Shown here: positions 50,679-62,624 of the stretch, in pieces
Position numbering within the stretch: position 1 is the stretch's first letter
Layout of the letters: each line of letters starts with the position of its first letter
NCBI RefSeq assembly: GCF_006345805.1
Contig: NW_021836301.1
Span: forward strand, 1 to 64,000
Source of the DNA: Octopus sinensis
Lineage: Eukaryota
Reading direction: 5' to 3'
DNA: 64,000 bases
Program-made: the position numbers and the translations under genes
Notes under the pieces: model-generated
Seen by the model: only the letters and a program-made list of their open reading frames with translations
The model's database searches: none
What the model was told of the DNA's origin: nothing

Positions 50679-50926
50679 GGGCATATGGCGTAGTGGTTAA
50701 GAGCGCGGGCTACTAACCCCAAGTATTCCGAATTTGATTCCAAGCAGTGACCTGAACAAGAATAATAATACTAATAATAATAACATTTAAAAATACCTTA
50801 GGAATGAGAACCCAGGTTCGAAATTTCCCCAAGACAACTGAAGAAGGCTGGAGGGTATATCAGCCGAAACGTCGTGATAACAACAAACAAGATGAGGACA
50901 AATATCCGTCGAATGTAAATAATGTG
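50679..50926 (+). mobile_element. tRNA-headed short element with hammerhead-like 3' module (P4)
   Basis: A-box tggcgtagtgg, anticodon-like loop ctACTaa, decayed B-box atttgattcc, (AAT)n linker, then CTGAAGA-a-GGCTG-loop-CAGCC-GAAAC-GTC. Confidence 0.65.
50834..50878 (+). ncRNA. Minimal hammerhead-like motif
   Basis: Intact CUGAAGA (50838-50844), 5-bp stem II GGCTG/CAGCC, GAAAC-GUC (50866-50873) with ACGT palindrome; stem I only partially paired in this copy. Confidence 0.55.
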
Positions 50927-50939
50927 TTTTTTTTTTTTT

Positions 50940-51250
50940 TGTTTTAAGTCCGTTACTTTTTCTCTCGGTGTCTTTTGCTGCACCGCTATGTTTATGAGGA
51001 CGTAAAGAAACCAACATCGGTTGAGAAGTGGTGGGAGGGAGGACACACACACTCACATACCAATATATATTATATATATACGACGGGCTTCCATACAGTT
51101 TTCCGCCTACCAAAGTCATTTACAAGGAAATGGTCGACCGGGGACTATAGTAGAAGTCACTTGCCAAAAGTGACGAACAGTAAGAACTGAACCCGAAACC
51201 GACCGGTTTGCAGAACGAGCTTCCTTAGACCACACACATAACACGCGCGC
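50940..51250 (-). mobile_element. SINE-A, diverged
   Basis: accaacatcggttg...tacgacgggcttcc...gaactgaacccgaaacc. Confidence 0.8.
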
Positions 51251-52554
51251 AGGTATGTATGTGTGTGTGTGTGTTAGTGCGATATGTTGTTCTTTAATAA
51301 CAGAACGCAATGTGTGAGATTTGATAATATCGATTTGTTTACATTGGCACAAGTCTGCTTATTGACAGTTACAAAAAGACGTATTGATTTTGAATCGATG
51401 TTCACATTAGCTACTGGTACTTTTTGGTATGTAATTAAATTCACCTGTGAGTGATTTATAAAAGCCAGTGTGGGCCACAGCGAGATCGAACGCGAATATG
51501 TAACATAATATTAATACATTACACACACACACACACGGTAAGATATAATATTTGGTAATTCTGCATAAGTACCCGGAGATTTGGCTATGCATATATATGT
51601 ATATATATGTACGTGTGTATATATAATTAGGCAATCAATCGAATACTTTCATTTCTCGGCAGATATATATATTACAAATTCGGTTATTACAATCACGGAT
51701 ATTGTTATCAGATTGTCCCAATATGATCACAATAGTTGAATGTTTACATTATAAATGCATTGCGTGTATAAGTATACACACACACGTTTATTCTTTCAAA
51801 TTTGAGTGCTGTGTGTGTGTGTGTGTGTGTGTGTATGCATGGGAAAGAGTTTGTTCAGCGAAGAGCCTTCTTTTTACTTTCGACAGGTTAAAAGGTTTTT
51901 CAGTATATACGATGCTAAGTTATAATTCACTCTCTCTTTCTCTCTCTTCCTCGGTTAAACGTGTGTGAAGGACAGAGAAAAAAAAGAGAGAGAGAGAAGT
52001 GTCTTTGTAATAAAAACTTATAGACTTATATGATAATGGGTTGTTGATATACATTTCTCTCTTTCTTTACATATATCCATGTATGTGTTTGTGTGTGTTG
52101 ACAAAGTTAACAGGGTGAATATTAATAAAAAAATAATGGTTATGACGTGTCACTTCTTGAACTATATACACAGTGTAACAAGGAAATAAAAAAGTTCATG
52201 TTATTAGAACTTAATTTTATTTTGTGCTGCAGTATATATATTGTATTTAAGCAGTTTTCTTTTTTTTTAAGCCAAGAAAACAAAACAAAAAATTGGCTTA
52301 ACTTCGATTAAACGGACGTTAGGGGACAAATATCGTATATATTCATGAACATATCTTCTCTATTAGTCGAGAGTATATTGTTTGTGTGTGTGTGTACGTG
52401 TTTTCTTTAGTTACTTCGTTTTAACCATCAAAAACCACTAAGGCCATACTGGAGTATGTATCAATGTTTCACATAAAAAAAAATTTCAACGCTTAATATC
52501 ATAAGGTGAACGATGAATGCAAGGAACTAAATAATCAATTATTATATGGTTGTT

Positions 52555-52995
52555 GTTGTTGTTGACAAGCCCCAAGTCAATCTTGATCAAGAAAACTTAT
52601 CATCAAAGACATTCCCGCCGAGAACTTAACCGTTTTTTTACCCAAGTCACACAATACACTTTACGACACAAGTTCAGTTTTTGATAAAGTCTGTCGCATT
52701 TTTTTTTCCTTTTTATTTTTATGACGGTAGAAGTTTCCTTTCAATTTTTCTTTGTGGAAAAATCGTGGCTACTATTTCCAGCGGGGTCTTTTCTGTTGCT
52801 GATGTATATAAAATCAGACTGAAGAATAAACGAACGAGGGGTCGTGTAAAGATCTGTTGAAAGACCCAAGTTAGGACATAATACAATCAAAGCATTAGTC
52901 AAACTCATTCTCTCTCTCTCATGTACACACACACATACATAAACGTGTGTATACAACATACAAACTTAATATACGAAGCTAACTAATGACCCAAC
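52555..52995 (+). repeat. Local direct duplication, copy 1 (copy 2 at 60280-60660)
   Basis: Shared blocks cccaagtcacacaatacac, ctttgtggaaaaatcgtggctactattt, tgtatataaaatcagactgaag, acaaacttaata. Confidence 0.8.
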
Positions 52996-53026
52996 TTACA
53001 GAACAACTTGGCATAATAAAAATGTA

Positions 53027-53060
53027 TCATCATCATCATTGTTCGACCCTGGTGTCATGG
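53027..53060 (-). mobile_element. Tiny RTE-like 3' end
   Basis: Reverse complement ggtcgaacaatgatgatgatga equals the 3' end of the 49562-49736 element. Confidence 0.5.
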
Positions 53061-53142
53061 ACACCATTATACACACGTACCAAATACATATACAAACATA
53101 CACATATGTGATGTATAAATATGCACATACGTATATATATAT

Positions 53143-53174
<32 letters not shown>

Positions 53175-53176
<2 letters not shown>

Positions 53177-53316
53177 GGTAAACAGTAAAAATAATTACAG
53201 ACATGGACAAGAACATGAAACACCACAGAGACGACACAAGAACCACAGGACGGGACATTCGAAGCCCTCAGTCATCAGTCAAGAACCAGATCATCTTAGC
53301 AATTTCGGCTGATATA
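53175..53316 (-). mobile_element. pLTR-like fragment between (TA)n tracts
   Basis: Reverse complement begins tatatcagccgaaa, identical to the stem II/GAAA part of P4 at 50856-50869; also contains CTGATGA. Confidence 0.45.
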
Positions 53317-53921
53317 TATATATATAGACAAGTATGTATATACATACACGTGTGTGTGTGTGTGCATACACACATCACAACATTCACAAGCAAGAAAGCT
53401 TTTGAGATCTATTCGTTTTATCGCAATATTTTCATACGCCGTGAAAATTTTCGGATCCACCCGAAATCAAGAAAACTCCCACCCATTAAAAAAACATCAT
53501 TGCGTTGTCTAAAAATAAAAGCATAGAAATGATTCACTCTTATGGATTTTGAACCCCCCCTCCCCACCATACACACACACACACAAATACTGCATATATT
53601 GTATATTAAAAACGTCGAGGTGTAATATGAAAGAAATTCGATCAGCAGTCGTGGGTGTACAGGGTTCGGTCCCATTACGTGATTTTTAGTTTTCCAGTTT
53701 AACCCACGGTTGACCAAATACATTGTTAGTGAAATTTGATAGGCGGACACTATAGACTGACGTGTAGATAGCCATATGTATGTGCGTAGTAGTAGTAGTA
53801 GTAGTAGTAATAATAGTAATAATAATAATAGTAGTAATAATAATAATAATAATAATAATATTAATAATAATAATTCTATATATGTACGCGCGTGTGTATG
53901 CATTATCAGAACAAACACACA

Positions 53922-54137
53922 GCGGCGGGCTGGCAGAAACGTTAAACACGCCGGGCAAAAATGCTATGCAGAATGTCGTTCGTCTTTACGTTCCGAGTTC
54001 AAATTCCGCCGTGGTCGACTTTACCTTTCATTCTTTCGGAGGTCGATAAAATAAGTACCAGTTGAGTACTGGGGGGGTCGCTGCAATCGACTTACCCCCC
54101 TCCCCGAAATTACTGGCCTTGTGCCAAAATTTGAAAT
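53922..54137 (+). mobile_element. SINE-B
   Basis: gctggcagaaacgtt...gagttcaaattccgccg...ggccttgtgccaaaatttgaaa. Confidence 0.88.
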
Positions 54138-54269
54138 CATTAGTAGAACAAACACAACAATTAGTAAAAATTTCCAATAAAACTTTATAATCAAAAATCT
54201 ACGTAAACCTGTATGTAGGTATGAATTTCAATGCAGATATTTATGTATCAATTTATGTATGAATTCACA

Positions 54270-54502
54270 TACACGGGGGGGGGGGGTGTTAAAAATTTCC
54301 TAGCTCTAAGGCTATCGCAAAAGGCTTGGTTGGCTAGAGGCCCAACTGTCCGAGTTCTTTTAAAAGGGCTTAGAAAAGCTGAATGACCACTAAAATATGT
54401 ATGTGGATCTGAGAGGGGAAAAATTGCTGGATAAAATCGTAATTAACAGATCCTCCTGCATTTTCTTTTATCCGAAGTCAAGAACTTTTCAGCACCCCTT
54501 TG
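54270..54502 (+). mobile_element. Non-autonomous mariner-like element with transposase C-terminal remnant
   Basis: Imperfect TIRs (gggg)tgttaaaaatttcc / agaacttttcagcacccc; internal GLEKLNDH*NMYVDLRGE resembles the mariner C-terminus GIxKLxxRWxKCVxxxGxY. Confidence 0.65.
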
Positions 54503-54514
54503 TGAATGTGTGTA

Positions 54515-54858
54515 TAAAGGGTAAAGACCCCCTTCGGTCATGAATGACCATGGGATTGCACCTAGAAAGTTACCCTCCTACCCTCCTAGACACAAGTCCG
54601 GGCAAGGTGGTTTTATGGAAGGCCAGTAGTCGCCCATGCATACGGGTCTCTCCTCTCCACGCCACCAGTGTTATCCAAGGGAAAGACAAAGGTCGATACA
54701 GCTTGGTACCAGTGATGTCGCAACTCATTTCTACAGCTGAGTGAACTGGAGCAACGTGAAATAAAGTGCCTTGCTCAAGAACGCAACACGCAGCCCGGTC
54801 CGGGATTCGAGCTTACAACCTCACGATCGTAAGCTCGACGCTCTAACCACTGAGCCAT
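54515..54858 (-). mobile_element. SINE-D-type (tRNA head + CORE-like middle + tail T3)
   Basis: Reverse complement tggctcagtggttagagcgtc head, cttgagcaaggcactttatttcacgttgctccagttcactcagctg middle. Confidence 0.85.
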
Positions 54859-55153
54859 AAGGAGAGATTATTTACCAGTCAGTCAGAAGTAACTAACGAG
54901 GACTGGTACACTTTAGGCGATTAAAATCAAGGGCACAAATAAGAGAAGCGGTAACTTAAGTGGCGAAGAAAGACAACGGGATTAAATTCCAGTCAGATGG
55001 CTTTAAAAGGAGAGAAAAAATCGATAGCATGAAAAGAAACTTTGACAGAAGTTGACGGAGATGCGTTGCTATTGTTGCTTCTTAGCACAAAGACAGACCT
55101 GACCAAGAAGACTTATGATGAAAGGCATTCCAGCAAGTGACCGCCCCATCATC

Positions 55154-55188
<35 letters not shown>

Positions 55189-55573
55189 GGCAATCTTTCG
55201 TCTCTAGTAGACCTTTCCGTCGATTTCCGTAAAAAAAATTTTTTTTTTTTTACATATGGGCTTGCGGGAACTTTTGAAGTAATGAGAGCGAAAGAGACTA
55301 AGAGAAAGCGATTGTATGACGAGGGAAGTTCTTTTGAAGTTACCGAAGCATTGATGAACATGTGTGTGTGTGTTTGATGGGGTGTGGGAGACAGACAGTA
55401 TGTTGTGTAAGTGAAGTGCTTCTGTTAGTGTGTGTGAAAGAGAGAGATAACTGAAATTTTTTACTCGGTGTATGTGTATATATTACTTCAAAAGTTCCCG
55501 CAAGCCCATATGTAAAAAAAAAAATTTTTTTACGGAAATCGACGGAAAGGTCTACTAGAGACGAAAGATCGCC
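55189..55573. mobile_element. 385-bp MITE with ~93-bp TIRs
   Basis: 55189-55283 versus 55482-55573 inverted; flanks tattatta/tattatta (8 bp, within microsatellite). Confidence 0.9.
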
Positions 55574-55980
55574 TATTATTATTTACAGGGAACTAAGGAG
55601 CGCATTATACAACGTTTATTTAAGGCGCTGCTAGGAGGTGCTATTCGATGAAGACTTTGATTACTATTTCTAGTACAGCAAGCGACCACGTAGAAGCTCC
55701 AAAGCGTGCACGGGGACATTAGCATGTATATAAAGACAGAAAGAGGGAAACAGTGACATAGAAAATGAGCTTGAAATCAGGCGCGCATGCGCGCGTATCT
55801 ATGGAGACCAGTAGAAGGAAACCGGGTTCTCTTCAAAGCATTTTCCTTCGATGTAGAAGGGAGTGCATAGAGTTCAATATACTGGTAGTATGCGGAGCGA
55901 TTGTAATCGCATTAAGATGTGCGTGCGTGCGTGTGTGTATATATATATATGCATGTATGTATATATATATGTGTGTGTGT

Positions 55981-56235
55981 GTGGAGGCGCGTGGCTTAGT
56001 GGTTAGGGTGTCAGCATCATGATCGAAAGATTGAGGTTTCGATTCCTGGACCGAGCGACGCGTTGTGTTCTTGAGCAAAACACTTCATTTTTACGTTGCT
56101 CCAGTCAGTCCACTCAGCTGGCAAAAATGAGTAACGCTGCGATGGACTGGCGTCCCGTCCAGTTGGGAAACACATACGCCATTGAAACCGGGCCCATGAG
56201 CCTTGCTAGACTTTAAAAAGGGCGCATCTATTCAT
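55981..56235 (+). mobile_element. SINE-D (tRNA head + CORE-like middle + tail T2)
   Basis: gtggcttagtggttaggg, ggtttcgattcc, gttcttgagcaaaacacttc...cactcagctg, ctgcgatggactggcgtcccgtccag. Confidence 0.88.
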
Positions 56236-56239
56236 TTAT

Positions 56240-56289
<50 letters not shown>

Positions 56290-56571
56290 CAACAAAGTGG
56301 AGGAGTCGGCTCATGAATTATTCAGACAACACAGCTAAATAATTTATGCACAAACTCACACGTTTTGTAATTTTTTTCCGTATGTACCCCGTGATCTTTC
56401 TAAATTACAACAATGGAAACCAGTTTAAAGGTAGCTTGGACTTTAAATACGAGATCTCTTCGTAGATATTTCTCTTATGAACCACACAAATCTCAAAACA
56501 CTGGTTACATCGTCAAACAATTTAAATTTAAATCGCAGAATATAACTTTATATTCAATTTTTTTTTCTCAG

Positions 56572-56964
56572 TTATTGGAGTCATTGGAATGCGGCCATGC
56601 TGGGGCACCACCTTCAAACAAATCGATTCTAGCAGTTTTTTTTTTTTATTTAATTTTTCACAGTGATACTTATTCTATCGGTGTCACTTGCCGAAACTGT
56701 TAACTTACATGGCCATAAACAAACCAACACAGATTGCCATGCGGTGTAGGGAGGGGGAGGAACATTCACCAAAACACACACACACATAATGAACATATAT
56801 GCCAACAGGGTGGTAACATCCGAAAGCTAGCTACAATACGATATATATATATATATCACCGTGACCGACCAGGCCATCAGATGTTGTTACACATCGCTGG
56901 TCACAATGCACTTCGCATTGTTTTAGCCTTCAAATGACGCCACCCCGCTGGCTAAGCGAGCAGG

Positions 56965-57003
<39 letters not shown>

Positions 57004-57152
57004 CATGGCGGGCTTCCACAGGTTTCCATCTACCAAATGCACTCACAAAACACTGGTCGTCCAAGGGCCCGTTGGAAAAGACATTTGCCCAAGATATCGT
57101 GTAATGGGACCGAACCCAAAACCATGCGACTGCCAAAACGAGCACAGCCGTG
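56572..57152 (-). mobile_element. Diverged SINE-A with nested inserts in its internal microsatellite
   Basis: Tail 56572-56760, head 57005-57152; GC-rich ~110-bp insert at 56857-56967 between (TA)n runs. Confidence 0.75.
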
Positions 57153-57868
57153 CCCTACCGCCCCAAATGGGAGACGGACGGGGAGGGGGGGAATAATGCC
57201 GATAGCTTGTTAATTCATTCGAATTCTAACATAATTGTCACTCGTTTAGGCATTTGGTTCGGAGACAAACGAGGATGACGACTTTCGCTTGATTCAAGAA
57301 TTAAACTTTTGGTGTGTTTTTTTTTCTTGTTTTTTTTTTCTTTTTACGCCTCCTCGAACGAAACCTGCCGTACGGTCAGACAACGTTTAATTGTTCAAGA
57401 AAAAGATTGCAGAGGAATTATTTTTATTAACCAGACGTTATTGGCAGGAAATTTTTATTTCACAAGTAAAATCAAAACAGTCTTTGATGACAACTCACTA
57501 GTTCATCTACAACAACAACGGCTACTACTACTACTACGACCACTACTGATAATAATAGTAACAACCACAATAATAATAACAATGACTGCACTAAGAAACT
57601 TTCGGTTAATTCTCCCATCGTTAAAAGAAGGCGAATGTGAATTGCGTAAGAGTTCTTAGAAATAGAGCGGGTGCGAATGTGTGTGTGTATAAATTGTATA
57701 TAAAAATCGATGACTAAGAATATACGAAACTTGTGTGTACTCAAGTACATGAGCATACCGAGATGCCATTCATTGTTGCTAAGACTCTTAAATCTGAAAC
57801 GAGCCTGTCTAAGTACTAAGTACACAGTGCGTCTAATATAATATAATATAATATAATATAATATATAT

Positions 57869-58247
57869 ACGCAGGAGTTGCAGTGTAATATGTAGCTTGC
57901 TTAAAAACCACATGGTTCCGGATTCGGTCCCATTGCGTGGCACCTTGGGTAAATGTCTTCTACTATAGCCTCGGGCCGACCAAAGCTTTGTGAGTGGATT
58001 TGGTAGACGGAAACTGAAAGAAGCCCGTCGTGTACACACATACATACATATATATATATGCGTGTGTGTGTGTTTGTCCCCACACCATCGCTTGACAACC
58101 GATGCTGGTGTGTTTATGTCCCCATCACTTAGCGGGTCGGCAAAAAAAACAGACCGATAAAATAAGTACTAGGATTACAAAGAAAAAGTCCTGGGGTCGG
58201 TGATCCAGCATGGCCGCAGTCAAATGACTGAAACAAGAATAAAAGAA
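57869..58247 (+). mobile_element. SINE-A full length
   Basis: Head gcaggagttgcagtgt, internal microsatellite, tail gactgaaacaagaataaaagaata. Confidence 0.9.
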
Positions 58248-59884
58248 TATATATATAACATTGACTTTCAGGAACCTTCGGTTCCGATACCTTTCCGGAT
58301 TTGGTCGACGCACTCTCTAAATTAAATAAATATTAAATTTATTTAAATGATTAAATGAAATGCAGGCACCTGTACATTAATTTAAATTGGAACGAATTAA
58401 AAAAAATGTTCCGGAGCTTCACCGTTCTGGAAGTCGTTGTTGTGTCTGTATCTGCGAGTGTCCCTGAGAGTGAAGTGTTACAGCTATCGTCATCTACTTT
58501 TATCTTCTCAGAATCACATTACATCAGAATCACATTTTTCTTTTTTCTTTATTTCTTAAAAGATGGTTGGTATTTGTGTGACTTGCATATATTCAGCTGT
58601 TGTTTCTAGCGCGGTGAGCGATCATGTAATTAGCTCCTTTACTACATTGGTCCTTCGTAGCTGTTTCCTGCGGGCAATAATAGTGGGCCATCGTGATAAT
58701 TTTTTTCCAATGTAAAAAAGGCAAATAGGACATACGTACATTGGCAAACCACCTCAATGCATTTAATCGGCCTTCACAACATTGAAACTATGTAATGTTT
58801 AACAAACTTTCTATTTATAAAAATTCATAGAAAAGAGCTTAAACGTAAGTCCAGGTGGATTAAACTGATTCAAAGAAAGGCGTATGTAATTAGTTGACAT
58901 CTTGTTTCATTGACCGACTACCCAGTTAAATAAAGCTCCCTGCTAGTGTAAACCCTTCCCTCCAGGTCAAATTGAAATTCCTCTAACTTTCTAATCTAAG
59001 GGTTTCGTTTTATCTGTTAAGGGCCTTCGTTTCACTCGGATTTTTAACTTATGCTTCACATATGTCTCTTACACTTCGTAAGCAATAACACTCGGCCGTG
59101 TGGGTTACGATGTCGCTTTCGGGTTCGATACCACAGTGCGGCATCGTGGGTGTGGCTTCTACTGTAGCTGACCAATGCCTGGTGAGTGAATTTGGGAGAC
59201 GAAGGCCATACGAAGAACTTATGTGGGGGAGGGGGTTTAAAAAAATTTTAAAAAATTTTTTTTTTCATAACCATATGAATTCCTGTGTGTAGAACACAGA
59301 TAGGCAAAACTTTTTTCTGAAAATTCCAAATAATGAAAAAAAAATTATGTGATGTAATATGGGGTACTTAAACTAGAATTCTGCCGAATAAATTATGCAT
59401 GCATGGAAAAGCAGACATCCGCAGTTCACGCGCTGATAAAGTTTCTACAAATCGTATGAAAAAAAAGGGAAAACACCGTTTAATTCTTAATATAAGTTTC
59501 ATACCCATGAATTTATAAAATTAAAGTTATATTATTTTCCTCAGTACATGTTTGTGACATCACAAATTTTTAAGCACATGAAAACCGCCCTCGGTACCAC
59601 ATAAAATTAAGGGATTCCTCACCCTTGGCGAAATCATAAGTGATTTATGAAATTCTATATCGTTACTCAGAGCTCCGCCACCACGAGTTGGCTCTGTAGT
59701 TTAATTTCTTTAATTCAAAAGAAAAAAAAACTACCTATTGGTATATAATTGTTTCCTGTTATTTAATTATCTATATATTTTTTTGGAACCCTAGGACTGG
59801 AGGCTGGTTACCGGGTTCACGACGTACAGGTGACCGAGATCACAACATTCTGTCTGAATAAAACGCCTGTCTGTTGCAGGATTC

Positions 59885-60082
59885 ATCGCCAGCAATTTTG
59901 AAGGGAGGGGAGAAATCTATTACATCGATCCCAGTACTTGATTGGTTCTTTATTTTAAGGTATGAAAGACAAAGGTAGTCTTCGGCGAGATTAAAGCATA
60001 GAACGTAAAAAAAAGAAAAACCGGAATAAATGTCGCTAAGCATTTTTCCCGACATGCTAACGATTCTTGCCAGCTCGCAGCT
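59885..60082 (-). mobile_element. SINE-B, diverged
   Basis: tacatcgatcccagtac...cgctaagcattttt...gctaacgattcttgccagctcgc. Confidence 0.75.
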
Positions 60083-60279
60083 TTAATGGAACATTCGGTC
60101 TTCTAGAAATACGTTGAATCAAAAACTTTGTCCTTTGAAAAGTAAAATGCAGAGACACGGGACAGCCTAACCAAACATAATAGTATATATATATGTGTGT
60201 GTGTGACATAAAAGATTACCACGGTTAATAAAATAAAGTGCAATGGGCTTAATAATCAGCTATGTCGTAGCTATGCTGT

Positions 60280-60660
60280 TTTATCCCCAGGTCAAAATTG
60301 ATCGAGAAAGCTTTATTATCTAAGACATTCCTAACGAGATCATAACTAGCGTCTTGTCCCCAAGTCACACAATACACCCACGACACCAGCTCAGGATACG
60401 ATAAAGTATGTCGCATTTTATTTACGATGGTAGAGTTTTTTTTTTTTCAATTTTCCTTTGTGGAAAAATCGTGGCTACTATTTCTAGCAGGTTTTTTTGC
60501 ATTGCTGGTGTATATAAAATCAGACTGAAGTATAAAGGAACTAGGTTTTGTAAAGATCTGACATAAGATAATAAGTCAAAGCCTTAGAGTCAATCTTTCT
60601 CTCTCGCACATACACACACGTACAAACTTAATACAAATAGTTTACTTATGACTCAATAAC
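60280..60660 (+). repeat. Local direct duplication, copy 2 of 52555-52995
   Basis: Same shared blocks as copy 1. Confidence 0.8.
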
Positions 60661-60739
60661 TTAAAAAGAAAGATAACACAGAAAATGCAGAGGATCCAAT
60701 ATTCTCTTTCATCGGACATCTAAGCTATATAAGAAGAAA

Positions 60740-61120
60740 AAAAGGCTCGTTGGAGCGTCGAACAGAAATGTTTTGCTGTATATGTTCCGACTTTCTACGC
60801 TTTCAGTTCAAATCCTGCCGAAGCCAACGCTACCTTTTAATCTTTCGAATTCTTAAAACGCATAATCCAAGACTGGAATGGCAAGACAGTAAGAACGTCG
60901 GATCGGATGTCTTGTAGTATTTCTTTCGCTCTCTGTGCACAGGGTTCAAATCCTGTCGAGGCCAATGTTGCTTTTTATCCTTTCGAGATCGTTAAAAGAA
61001 AAAAAAAATTAAAAGATTATCATTCCAAGAGTAAGATTGACAAAACTGCATGAACGTCGGACCGGATACTTTGCACTATTTTCCCTGGTCGCGGCTCTTT
61101 GCGTTCAGAGTTCAAAACCC
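60740..61120 (+). mobile_element. Three highly degenerate SINE-B-like heads
   Basis: agttcaaatcctgccga, gggttcaaatcctgtcgagg, gagttcaaaaccc B-box remnants. Confidence 0.55.
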
Positions 61121-61252
61121 GGGATGGTGTATTTGGGGGTGGTAGACTTAATCCGCCGCCCTGTTTTAACAACACTGCCCTGCACTTTAGGTGTCCGTCT
61201 TTAATGGGGTTCAACTCTACTGCAAGGATCCGCGCCAGGTTTCCGGCTTCAG

Positions 61253-61513
61253 CACTGGCTCTCAAGCCCTTTTTTAACCTATGGATCCCTTTAACTACTA
61301 TTTTACTCAGATGGATCCTCCTAACTATTCGAAGTTTAAGAAGTCCTATTATACCTTTGTAACTAAATATTATAAGGGATTATATAAAAAAAAATTGTAA
61401 AAATATTTTGAGCATTCAGTAAGAGAGTATACCCAACTTAATGCACATAATTTTAGCAACAAAATCTTATGTGGACCCCGAAGGTTCATACTGATTCCGG
61501 TTGTGAACCACTG
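61253..61513 (-). mobile_element. hAT-like MITE
   Basis: cactggctctcaa / ttgtgaaccactg termini; flanks ggcttcag/ggcctgag (6/8); aattttagcaacaaaatctt shared with the 36005 copy. Confidence 0.75.
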
Positions 61514-62104
61514 GGCCTGAGGATAGCTTCCTCTAACTATGATCATAGCTTCCTCTAACCAACCGCAGAGGTCCAATAACGAGTCATGGACACTGACTGC
61601 TTGTCCGCTTGATTAAAATATGAAAAAGCAGAAATGGCGTGTAGTACTTTCTGCCACAAAATATATCTATTGATTTTAGCTGGCCGAAAGTGTATGTAAA
61701 CAGACAGATGTAAACACTTTGCCATTTGCATATAATATATCTGCAGAAATTATTGCATATAAAAGCAAAGTGTTTATACACAGCGCTTGCACTAAAATCT
61801 ATAGAAATTCTACCCGAAATTACAGTACATTACATCGAAAAATGAATATAACTAACTAACTACTAATGCGATGGTAAGCAGTATTTCAAAACGTGATATT
61901 TTTCATATTTTTTTTTTATTCCAACGATGGAGCTTTATCATTGTTAGAAACCAGCTCCTTCCTTGCAGGAAGACTTCTAATAATTAAAAAAAAAATATAG
62001 AAGAGAACATAGAGTACGTACGGACATGTAAACATGTATAAAGATAAAGTTCAGTTATAAAGATCAGCTGCCTTGAAAATGTGAATGTTTCTTTAAAAGA
62101 AAAA

Positions 62105-62275
62105 CTCCATGCGTAGTTAAAAAACTTCGCTTCATAATCACATAGTTCCCGGTTCGATCTCACTGTGCGGTATCATGGGCAAATATCTTCTGTTACATCT
62201 TCAAGTTGACCGATACATTATTGGTCTGTGGAATTCGTTAGACAGAAACGGCGCAGAAGTTCACCTGTTTGTGTA
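62105..62275 (+). mobile_element. Degenerate SINE-A head
   Basis: cacatagttcccggttcgatctcactgtgcgg...gggcaaatatcttct...agacagaaac. Confidence 0.6.
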
Positions 62276-62624
62276 TATATCTTCTGCGTATCTATCTATA
62301 TGCGTATGCGTTGTATATACTAATCTAAAATAAAATCGGTGTTACTTATGGTATGTCCTTCACTTTGCCGTAAATTAGGGTGTTCGACGTAAACGTAGAA
62401 ATTTTTTAAAAATTCAGAAAAATATCCACTTCGAAATCGACAGCTTCTCTCTCTCTCTCTCGCTAACCAGATTATAAATTTAATATAAATATACTCTTTC
62501 CCGTTCGTGTTGTAGTTATCTAAACTCCATGAGAGAGTTGTTTTTGTTTCTTTGTTACGAAGAATTTTCTCCAAGAAATATTAAAACAATTGAAAATGGA
62601 AAGCTGACGTACGTGCGGCATACC

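Noticed and set aside
50679-50752. Functional tRNA-Ser(ACT) gene
   Set aside because: Acceptor, anticodon and T stems pair poorly and there is no long variable arm; treated as a SINE head.
57795-57830. 18S rRNA 5'-like tgtctaagtac
   Set aside because: Only ~11 nt match; surrounding sequence does not align.
58262-58295. ggaacc-ttc-ggttcc-gatac hairpin resembling hammerhead stem II
   Set aside because: No CUGANGA core upstream and GAAA not intact.
58400-58520. Protein-like minus-strand frame DSEKIKVDDDSCNTSLSGTLADTD
   Set aside because: In-frame stop just upstream and no splice acceptor.
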